A stretch of DNA of 64,000 bases, taken from NCBI GenBank assembly GCA_963514005.1, contig OY740808.1, forward strand, positions 2,170,001 to 2,234,000, given 5' to 3'. This document shows, piece after piece, positions 54,858-64,000 of the stretch. The stretch comes from Raja brachyura. Its lineage: Eukaryota. The position numbers were made by a program, and so were the translations under genes. The stretch's first letter is position 1, and each line of letters begins with the position of its first letter. The notes beneath the pieces were generated by a model, which was given only the letters and a program-made list of their open reading frames with translations, was not told the DNA's origin and did not search any database.

Positions 54858-55599
54858 ATTGAAAACTCCAATTGAAAACGTGCATCTCCCATCAACGAGT
54901 TGCTCAGTAGCACTGACGAAGGTGGAAACCACATACCTGATCCTCCATTTAAACAGAACACGGCCAGTTCAATGTCGGAGGGGGAACCCGTCCACGTCAC
55001 CTCATCGCTACACAACTTCAATACTCCAAGTCGATGCCAATAAAACACTAACAATTACATCCTCTCCACTGGAAAGACAGCAAACTGGGAGCAGGAGAAG
55101 GCCATTTGACCTTTCTAGCCTTCTTCCCTGTTCAATATCATAAGAGCATTAGTGATAGGAGTAAAATTAGGCCATTTGGCCCATCAAGTCTACTCCACCA
55201 TTCAATCATGGCTAATCTATCTCTCCCTCCTAACCCCAATCTCCTGCCTTCTTCCCATAACCTCTGACATCCGTACTAATCAAGAAATAAACATTCAATC
55301 GTGTTGTCCAACTCTGTCCAGGCTGATTCTTTGGACCAGTGACTGACCAGAGCTGAGAGGTTCAATCACGACGTAGCAAAATATTTATTGCCGATAGTCT
55401 GCTTCAACTCCATAATCCCAACAAACTAAAGTCAAACCCCCTGGATCTAGACCTCCGCCTGACCCACTGACCACAAGCAGTGAGGATAGGCATCAGAAAA
55501 TCCTCTACAATCATTCTCAACAAGGATGAGTTCTCAGCCCAGAGTCTAGACTTACAACTGTGCAGCCAAATTCTCCTTTTACAAGTTTGCAGATTGATG

Positions 55600-56300
55600 G
55601 CATTACTGTACTGGGCTGCATCTCAAACAATGAGTTCGCGAATGAAATAGAGAGCTGAGTAACATGGTATTGAGACAAAAACCCCTCTCTCAATGTTAGC
55701 TGACGAAGAAGCTTGTTACATGCCCCAGTCAGCATCTATGGCGCTGAAGTGGACATGGGCGAGAGTTTCCAGTTCCTCGGCACCAACAATTTGTCCTTAA
55801 CCAACTACAATGAATCAATGGCCAAGAAAGAACACCGACGCCTCTACTTCCTCAGAAGACTAAGGAAGTTTGGCATGTCTACAATGACTTTGACCAACTT
55901 CTACTGATTCATCGCAGCTTGGCTTGGCAACAACTCTGCCCAAGACCACAAGAAATTGTGGATGTAGGCCAGTTGATCACACAGACCAGCCTCCCCCTTA
56001 TTGACTCCATCTACGAGTCACACTGCCTCGGGAGAGCAGCCAAGATAACAATAGACCGCTCACACCCCGGCCATTACCTTTTCTCCCCTCTTCCATCGGG
56101 CAGAAAAAACAAAAGCTTGAATGCATGTACCACTAGATTTAGGAATAGCTTCCCCCCCCCCCCCCCCCCCACTGTTGTCAGATTACTGAACGGTCCTCCC
56201 ATAAGTTTGGGTGTAGTCTGATCTTCCAACCTCCCTCATTGCACAACTTGCACTTTTTTATCTGCACTTTCTCTGTAACACTATACTCTGCACTATCTTT
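55600..56300 (+). mobile_element. Degenerate Rex1/Babar-type LINE RT C-terminus
   Basis: RLYFLRRLRKFGMS..TLTNFY and SHPGHYLFSPLPSGR..TTRFRNSF motifs. Confidence 0.8.
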
Positions 56301-56468
56301 CTCTGCTGTAGGAGAGAGGAGGATAATACGTTATTGCCTTCCATCACAGTGCGATGTGGTGGATGTTTATGCTGATTTTTATGTAGTTATGTGTCTTGTT
56401 GCTTTTTTGGTTTGACTGTATGGCAAATATGACGTGCTCATGTATAGTATGATCTGACTGCATAGCAT

Positions 56469-56522
56469 GGGGTGGGAGATTGCAACTTCCACGTGGTCCG
56501 CCCTGTTTCAACGAATGCAATC
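56469..56522 (+). ncRNA. Predicted minimal HDV-like self-cleaving ribozyme
   Basis: P1 GGGGTGG/CCGCCCT with leading G-U, P2 GATTGCA/TGCAATC, P3 ACT/GGT, L3 TCCACGT, J4/2 CGAA, in canonical nested double-pseudoknot order. Confidence 0.7.
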
Positions 56523-56595
56523 AACCTGGCGTGTACAATCAAATAGAACAAGTTGTCCAACGACTTTAGGCTGTGCACACCATACGCAAGAGAAA
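56469..56595 (+). mobile_element. Short non-autonomous retroelement with (AAG)n-like tail
   Basis: TSD ACTGCA(T/A)AGCAT at 56457-56468 and 56596-56607; homologous to the 61979-62111 copy. Confidence 0.8.
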
Positions 56596-56654
56596 ACTGC
56601 AAAGCATGCAAGTTTTTCACTACATGGGGTTCACATGCCTGTGTTCCAGCAACA

Positions 56655-57107
56655 TGCCTGTGTTCCAGCAACTAAGTTACAGAGAAAGGTTGAACAAGTT
56701 AGGTCTTTATTCTTTGGAGCGCAGAAGGTTAAGGGGGGACTTGATTGATGTCTTTAAAATGATGAAAGGGATAGACAGAGTTGACGTGGATAAGCTTTTC
56801 CCATTGAGGGTAGGGAAGATTCAAACAAGAGGGCATGACATGAGAATTAAGGGACAGAAGTTTAGGGGTAACATGAGGGGGAGCTTCTTTACTCAGAGAG
56901 TGGTGGCTGTGAGTAATGAGCTTCCAGCAGAAGTGGTGGAGGCAGGATCGATTTTAACATTTAAAAGTAAAGTGGATAGGTATACGGTCGGGAAGGGATT
57001 GGAGGGGTATGGTCTGAGTGCAGGTAGATGGGACTAGGGGAAAATAAATGTTCGGCACGGACTGGAAGAGCCGAGAGGGCCTGTTTCCGTGCTGTAATTG
57101 TTATATG
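56655..57107 (+). mobile_element. CR1 LINE 3' fragment (distinct subfamily, TTATATG-type tail)
   Basis: LSYRERLNKLGLYSLERRRLRGDLI..TRGH..FFTQRVV. Confidence 0.9.
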
Positions 57108-58135
57108 TAGGTATGTTACAAAACATACCTTGAGCAGCGCTGCAGTTCTGCCGCTCCCCATGTGCGCGACTTTGGCGCCTTTCAGAGGGGGGCGGGCTTA
57201 AAGTGCAGTTTTTCTTCAAACTGGGCAAATCGATCAATGTCGGGGATTTCGGTGCGGAAGAAAAATCGCTCCGACATTTCATTAATGAAGGTATTTTTAA
57301 ATTACACTAGATTATTTATTATCTAGAGTAATTTAAAAATCACCTTCGAAAGCCGTGAACGCCGATAACGGGAAGGATTTTGTGTAGGGGAGAAAAAAAG
57401 GTACACAGTTTATTTTTATATTAAAAGTTATTTTTTATGGAGGCTTTAATAATATTTTCATGTTGCGAAATGGGGTCCAAAAAAAATGTATGAACCGGCT
57501 GTATTTTTCATACCGACTTCACAGCAAACCGCAACGTTCCAATCCACCGCATTCCACTAAAACCCACTCGCTAGTTGATTTAAATGGCCATTAATTTACA
57601 GGCATTAAACACTAAATTCATTCCATTTGGCCCAGAAATTCATGAAAATTAGATTTAATAATTATGTTATATTGTGGATTATTGTGTGAATGTTATTTGG
57701 ACACTTAGGCAATTTAAAAAAAGTTTATCTTTTCTTAAGAAATGGATAGATGTTTAGATCTACTCATTGAATTTTGTAATTAGCTACAATTAGATAACTA
57801 ATTATATGCTTTAATTTCAGGTCATCCAAGTAAGATTGTTTCATATTTGTTTCAGAATGCTTCAATCTATAATAACTGAAAATTTCATTGAGTTCTCTTA
57901 ATTTTTAAGAAAGTTATGGGCTTTTAACTGTTCTAGATCACAGCTTTTGAGTTAAGAATTGAAAGGCAATGGGGAACAAGATGCTAATTTCCGAGTAAGA
58001 AAATGGTCATAACTTTCTTAATACTGAAGATATGAAAGTGAATTAGGTGTCAAATTAAACTTCTTTTTATGCTTTATCTGATGGGATAAATTGCAGACTT
58101 GATTTTTAAAATCTCAACATTTTGTAACATTGCTA
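57108..58135. mobile_element. Putative non-autonomous DNA transposon (~1.03 kb)
   Basis: TIRs TAGGTATGTTACAAAA / TTTTGTAACATTGCTA (14/16); TTATATG on both sides. Confidence 0.65.
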
Positions 58136-58723
58136 TTATATGGTTATATGTTATATACATCTCTGTGGACATGACAATATTAAACCAATACATTTTCTCA
58201 TTTTCCTTCATTATAATCCATTTGCCACAAGCAAATAGTATGCATGACAATAATAAACCAATAAAGGCAAACACTGGATATTTAGGGGCATTTAGATCTA
58301 TGCTTCATTTTGAGAGAACGTTTTACCACTGGGAGATGACCAGACCCATTTGCTTTCTCAGTCTGGGTGCACCCTGACCCACAACAATACAGTTAACACC
58401 CAGACTTGTGAGATGGTCCAACATGGAGCCACTGGTACTGAAACATCAAGGCAAGAGGAATGAAACCAGGTTGAGCACCATTGTGAGGGCATCTTCACCA
58501 CAAGGAAGCATCGGTTGAAGCGGGCAGCTCCCTCGCCAGGGACATTAGGCATGGAGAATAAATAACTGTTGACCTTCGCAGCAATGCCCACATTGCACAG
58601 GAACATAGACACAAGGAAAACAAACAGTGCATTAAATTTCACCATCTAATCAAAGTCAAAGGGCAGCAGAATGTTGACTTGAATCGTTCTTTGTCTGAAA
58701 CCTTCAGCAGTGAATGTTAGTGT

Positions 58724-58757
58724 GTATATATATATATATTATATATATATATATATA
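58724..58757. repeat. (TA)n microsatellite
   Basis: Direct reading. Confidence 0.9.
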
Positions 58758-58779
58758 GCATAAGCTCCCTGCCTGCATT

Positions 58780-59040
58780 GAGGGCCCGAGCTTGGCGGCT
58801 GACCGCGACATGACATCCTCCTCTCCCTCGGGTGTTGTTTTCATGGACCTCTTCGTCGACACCGGGCGTCTGTGGAGGGAGAGTTATTCCCCATTCACAC
58901 GCCGCCCGCCCGCCCGCCCGCGGCCTCTCCCCGGGGCCTGTGGCCGAGGCCTCGCTCCCGCCCGCCGGGAGCGTCTCCATGGCAACGCCCCCACCTGCCT
59001 CTCCCCGTCGCCCAGGCCCGTCACCCGGGCAACGTATCCT
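58780..59040. promoter_or_regulatory. CpG-rich promoter-like segment with RFX X-box and GC boxes
   Basis: High CpG density; GTCTCCATGGCAAC at 58973-58986; (CCCG)n GC boxes near 58903-58920. Confidence 0.6.
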
Positions 59041-59076
59041 CCCTGACACTGAACCCCCCCCCCCCCCCCCCCGGCA

Positions 59077-59942
59077 ACCTGCCTCACCCTCTCTGTCCAC
59101 CTGCCCCCCACCCTCTGTCCACCTGCCCCCCACCCTCTCTGTCCACCTGCCTCACCCCCTCTGTCCACCTGCCTCACCCCCTCTGTCCTCTGCCCCACCC
59201 TCTGTCCACCTGCCTCACCCCCTCTGTCCACCTGCCTCACCCCCTCTGTCCTCTGCCCCACCCTCTGTCCACCTGCCCCCACCCTCTGTCCACCTGCCTC
59301 ACCCTCTCTGTCCACCTGCCCCCACCCTCTGTCCACCTGCCCCACCCCCTCTGTCCACCTGCCCCCACCCTCTGTCCACCTGCCCCCCACCCTCTCTGTC
59401 CACCTGCCTCCCACCCTCTCTGTCCACCTGCCTCACCCTCTCTGTCCACCTGCCCCCACCCTCTGTCCACCTGCCCCACCCCCTCTGTCCACCTGCCCCC
59501 ACCCTCTGTCCACCTGCCCCCCACCCTCTCTGTCCACCTGCCTCACCCCTCTGTCCACCTGCCCCCACCCTCTGTCCACCTGCCCCACCCCCTCTGTCCA
59601 CCTGCCCCCACCCTCTGTCCACCTGCCCCCCACCCTCTCTGTCCACCTGCCTCACCCTCTCTGTCCCCTGCCCCCACCCTCTGTCCACCTGCCTCACCCC
59701 TCTGTCCACCTGCCCCCACCCTCTGTCCACCTGCCTCACCCTCTCTGTCTAACTGCCCCCACCCTCTGTCCACCTGGCTCACCCCCTCTGTCCACCTGCC
59801 TCACCATCTCTGTCCACCTGCCCCCAACCCTCTCTGTCCACCTGCCCCCAACCCTCTCTGTCCACCTGCCCCACCCTCTGCCACCTGCCCCCCACCCTCT
59901 CTGTCCACCTGCCCCCCACCGTCTCTGTCCACTGCCCTGTCC
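59077..59942. repeat. C-rich minisatellite, ~21-24 bp unit CCACCTGCC(C/T)C(C)ACCC(TC)TCTGT
   Basis: Roughly 38 tandem variant units read directly. Confidence 0.95.
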
Positions 59943-60829
59943 CTTCTGTCACCTGGGTACAACCCCATCATTTTCCCTCTCGCCTCCTGTCCCCCACTCT
60001 CTGTTCCCTACCCCCTTATCCACCACCACCACCCCACCCCTTACCCCTCCCACACTATCCTCCCCCTCCCTCCCCCATTCATTTTCCTCCCTCCCCGATG
60101 ATGCTCCATCCACAGCTCCCGTCCCACACGTTCAGCTGCAGCCAACTGTCTCTGAGTTGCAGTCACCACTGGGTCTGACCTCCTGCAGCCGCCGTTAGGA
60201 ATGTTTGTGTGAGAACGACCAGAGGAAGCTCTTTCTTCTTTCTATCTCACAGCTTGAGGTTAGTGTTGGAGCAGGCACTGATTGTCTGCATGTGGGAATG
60301 AGAAAGATCCTTTCAATGTTATTTGTGGCTGATCTTGGCTCCAGTTTTGCTGAAGGAGTCAAAGTCTCTCCAATTCAGCCTGGAAATTGGTTATCTTCTT
60401 TGAATCTCAGTGCAGATGTTGGACCAGACTGGGCTGTTTGTTCCACCAAGGTCCCCTCCTCCTTGGCAGCTGCCTCCCACTTTCACCTGACCAGCCTGTG
60501 ACCTTCACCCATCCATGTGAGAACGCTAAGTTGTTCTGTCTGTTCTTGGCAGTTTTGGACCAAGTCTCCAGTCCCCACTATCCACCCACCCACCCTCAAC
60601 ATCCCTTGTGTCTCTTAGTCTGCTGCCTCCCCAATAAAGTCTAGACTTCACCACTCGGGACCTGATTCATCTGAAGTGTTGCCCAAACCAAATGCTATCT
60701 CTGCGTGTGAGTGAACACCCATGCCTGGAAGTGATTTCAGGCTTGGCTAATGACGGCTATCAGTTGTTGGATCCCTGCTCCATCCTGTCTTTCCAAACCT
60801 CACTTGGGGCTCGCAAGGATGCTGCAGCA

Positions 60830-61190
60830 GGCACCCACCACTCTTTGTGTGGAAAGACTTCTCCTTTAAACTTTGCTCCTCTCACCTTAAAGCTCTGCCT
60901 TCCAGTCTTTGACATTTTCACCCTGGGATTGTCGACCCAATCTATGCCTCTCATAATTTTTAGGTAGACTAAATGCTGGAGAAACTCAGTGGGTGAGACA
61001 GCAGGTCAAGACCGAATCGGCGCCTATTTCCTTCGCTCCATAGATGCTGCCTCACCCGCTGAGTTTCTCCAGCATTTTTGTCTACCTTTGATTGTCCAGC
61101 ATCTGCAGTTCTTTCTTAAACTTATAATTTTTAAAAGGCCTCCTCTCAACCTCCGGCATTCCAGCGAAAACAATCCAAGCTTGTCCAAAA
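60830..61190 (-). mobile_element. CR1 3' fragment with nested fold-back Penelope/MER6-like insert (60963-61123)
   Basis: CR1 sequence on both sides; ATAATTTTTA duplicated at 60953-60962 and 61124-61133. Confidence 0.75.
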
Positions 61191-61334
61191 GGACACAAAG
61201 TACTGGACTAACTCAGCGGGTGAGGCAGCATCTTTTGGAGGACATGGATTAGTGGTGTTTCGGGTTGGGCCACTTCTTCACACTTTTTGTGTATTAACTA
61301 GCAGCTGCAGATCTTTGTTTGTCCAACCCCTCAT

Positions 61335-61600
61335 AGTTTAGTTTAGTTTAGATATACAGAGCGGGTACAGGCCCTTCGGTCTACTGAGTCCGTGCCGACC
61401 AGCAATCCCCGCACACTAACACTATCGTACACACACTGGGGACAATTTACAACCAGACCAAGCCATTTAGCCTATAAAGCTGTACGTCTTTGGAGTGTGG
61501 AAGAAAACCGGAGATCCCGGAGAAAACCCACACGGTCACGGGGAGAACCTACAAACTCCGCACAGACAGCATCTGTGGTCAGTCTCTGGCAGCAACTTTA
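61335..61600 (-). mobile_element. V-SINE
   Basis: (AGTTT)n tail, gtacgtctttggagtgtgg..aaccggagatcccggagaaaacccacacggtcacggggagaac core. Confidence 0.8.
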
Positions 61601-61869
61601 CTGACGTGCATAGGTATAGGTAACACTCTCTAATGCAGGCAGCATCCTGGTGAACCTTTTCTGCAACATCATAGACAAAGGAACTGAGGAGGGTTTTCGC
61701 TCCAACGTTTGGTGGGTATGTGGCTCTCACTACAACGTGAAGTGAAGTGAGGAAATGATTGTAGCAAGGAACATGGAGCAGAGTGACCAGGATGAATAGC
61801 ATTGGAGAGGATGCAACAACACTAACTGGACCAAAGGGCAGCACTGGGCGAACGATTCAAGGCACTAAC

Positions 61870-62295
61870 GGGTGGCACAGTGGCCCAGCGGATAGAGCTG
61901 CTGCCTCACAGTGCCAGAGTCCCCGATTCCATCCTGACCTCTAGTGCTGTCTGTGTGGAGTTTGCACGTTCTCCTTGTCTTCTTCTTGCATATGGCATGC
62001 ACAGCCTAAGGTTGTGGGTCAACCTATTTGATCTATTTGTTTTGTGCACGTCGGGTTGATTCCATTAGTGGAAACAGGGTGGACAACGTGAAGGTTGCAA
62101 TCCCCCAGCCCGTTCTCCTTGTGACCACGCGGGTTTCCTCCGGGTGCTCCGATTTCCTCCCGCATCCCAAAGACATGCTGGTTTGTAGGTTAATTGGCAT
62201 CTGTAAATTGCCCTTAGTGTGCAGGGAGTGGATGAGAAAGTGAGGTTACAGAACTAGTGTTGACAGATGATCGCTGGTCGGCGTGGACTCGGTGG
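61870..62295 (+). mobile_element. V-SINE interrupted by a short retroelement
   Basis: tRNA-like head ggcacagtggcccagcgg..gattccatcc; V core resumes after 62111. Confidence 0.8.
61979..62111 (-). mobile_element. Second copy of the HDV-ribozyme-headed short retroelement
   Basis: 12-bp TSD CGTTCTCCTTGT (61967-61978, 62111-62122); tail CAAGAAGAAG on the minus strand. Confidence 0.8.
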
Positions 62296-62984
62296 AAAGG
62301 ACAGCAGGTGACAATTTATTTGCCCCTTCTATGATACCTTTGTCTCACTTGCTCCCCCCATCAGACGGAATGAGTGAAGCTTCACGGAGAGGGGCATCAT
62401 TAATCGTACTGACAGCAGCAGCAGCCGTGAGAACAACTTCAGTGAACAGCGAGCTCTCACATCCCACAGTTGGACACCTTCTCCGGATGAATTGCCAGTG
62501 ATGCCTTAATCACAATTAGCTGTACATTAGTATCCTGACAAGTGATTTGATGACTACATTGAGTACACTAGCGGGATGCAGACAGTGCCCCTTGGACCGG
62601 CGAGGTTATCTGACGGCAACAGCTGGAGGAGGAAGCCCCAGACCACCCTCCTGACTCAACCTCCCCTCCACTCAGTCCGACAACCACCTAGAACAAGAGG
62701 CTATACTCCTCAAACTCTTCAAACGTCTGCCTCGCACCTTCTGCTTTTATCTCTGGCCTTTGTTCCAACCATCTGTCTATCAAACCCCCCTCGCCTGTGT
62801 CTGCCTATTACCTGCCCCACTGTCCGGCCTCTCCTCTCTCCTTCCCCCCTCCCACAATCAGTCTATAGAGTCCTGACCTGAAACGTCACCTATCCACGTT
62901 CTCCAGAGATGCCGCCTGACCTGTTGAGTTACTCCAGCACTCTGTGTTCTTTTTTATAGGAACCCCTCCATTCATTAGCCGGCG

Positions 62985-63500
62985 ACCACAGGATGGTGTG
63001 AATGGTATTGGCCCACAGTGTCTGTGCCGAACATGATGCCAAGTTAAACTAATCTCCACTGCCTGCACATGACCCTTATCCCTGTTGTCCCTGTGTATCG
63101 ATGTGCCTATCTAAAAGCCACACAAATGCTTAAACAATCCAAGAATGTCCAACCTCTCCCTACAGCTAATGTCCTCTAATCCAGGCTTCATTCTAGTAAA
63201 CCTCCTCTGCACCGTCTCCCTAGACTTCACATCCTTCCTGTAATGGGGTGACCAGAACTGCACGCAATACTTCAAACGTAGCCTTTACATGTCTGTTGTG
63301 TTGCTGCAATTAAGAATGTCATTGTTCCGTTTCGGGACGTATGACAATAAAACACTCTTGAATTTTGACTCTCAGTCAAAGTTTTATAAAGCTGCATCAT
63401 GACTTCCTGCCTCCGATACTCAATGCCCTGATCTATGACAACAAGCATACCATATGCCAATCTCTACCACTCTATCTACTCGTGTTGCCACTTTCAGATC
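62985..63500 (-). mobile_element. Fragmented CR1 with a nested plus-strand Rex-type tail (63290-63372)
   Basis: gaccagaactgcacgcaatact, tagtaaacctcctctgcacc and minus ORF GIEYRRQEVMMQLYKTL. Confidence 0.7.
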
Positions 63501-63894
63501 CCACTCCACATCAATGCTTTCAACTTTGCCACTCAAGGCCCGCTAGTCCCTGACATTTCAGTTGTCCCACAAGCAGTAGATCCCTGCCCCTTGCTGTAGA
63601 GCCAGATGGGGAGAACACTGACTGTACTGCCATCGGTCACCTTTCGCTCCTCATTGGAGACAGCCTACTGGCAGCGTCAGTGCTTTGGCCAATGACCCTG
63701 GCAGTGGGTTGATGGTGGCACAGATGGATGACCACTGTGGGTGACGAGGAGGAGGGGAGACCAGAGACCTTGTGGGCCGTAAACACCCTGAGATCGGGAA
63801 CCCAAGCTGTTGGAAGGTCAGGAGAGGAACTCCAGCAGAAGGTTGATCATCTTCATGCTCTTTCCTCGCCAAAACTGGAGCCAGACTCACCGTG

Positions 63895-63970
63895 ACCAGA
63901 AACGTCACCCATTCCTTCTCTCCAGAGATGCTGCCTGTCTCCAGAGTTACTCCAGCATTTTGTGTCTATC
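63895..63970 (+). mobile_element. Penelope/MER6-like fragment
   Basis: gaaacgtcacccattccttctctccagagatgctgcctg..gagttactccagcattttgtgtctatc. Confidence 0.7.
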
Positions 63971-64000
63971 ACAGTGGGCATTTCTGGCTCCACACGGAGA

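Noticed and set aside
59077-59942. CRISPR-like array
   Set aside because: Units are contiguous with no unique spacers, there are no cas genes, and the context is vertebrate.
58832-60101. Long 306-409 aa Pro/Cys/His-rich ORFs
   Set aside because: They are translations of the stop-free minisatellite and are open in several frames on both strands.
61872-61940. tRNA gene
   Set aside because: It is the tRNA-derived head of a V-SINE, continuous with the SINE body, with no full cloverleaf.
63641-63890. Possible minus-strand exon or 85-aa ORF near the window end
   Set aside because: Splice-like sites exist, but there is no recognisable homology or partner exon within the window.

Overview
Vertebrate genomic DNA, most likely a cartilaginous fish (skate/ray-like repeat landscape; inference). 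Bases 1-41 kb hold the 3' part of an AUTS2-family gene, best identified as FBRSL1, on the + strand. It has 13 phase-consistent coding exons from 4829 to the stop at 39037, a likely alternative exon, and a long repeat-poor 3' UTR. Introns and the downstream region are dense in CR1 LINE fragments, Rex1/Babar-type LINE tails, V-SINEs, Harbinger-like MITEs, a Tc1 end and two roughly 1 kb TIR elements. Two short retroelement families appear to carry self-cleaving RNA motifs. One is a ~130 bp (AAG)n-tailed element whose 5' end is a compact HDV/CPEB3-like ribozyme fold (56469-56522, second copy 62058-62111). The other is an abundant Penelope/MER6-like element with a decayed minimal hammerhead core. 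A CpG-rich promoter-like region with an RFX X-box and an adjacent C-rich minisatellite lies at about 58.8-59.9 kb. Family names come from recalled motifs, not database searches, and repeat boundaries are approximate.
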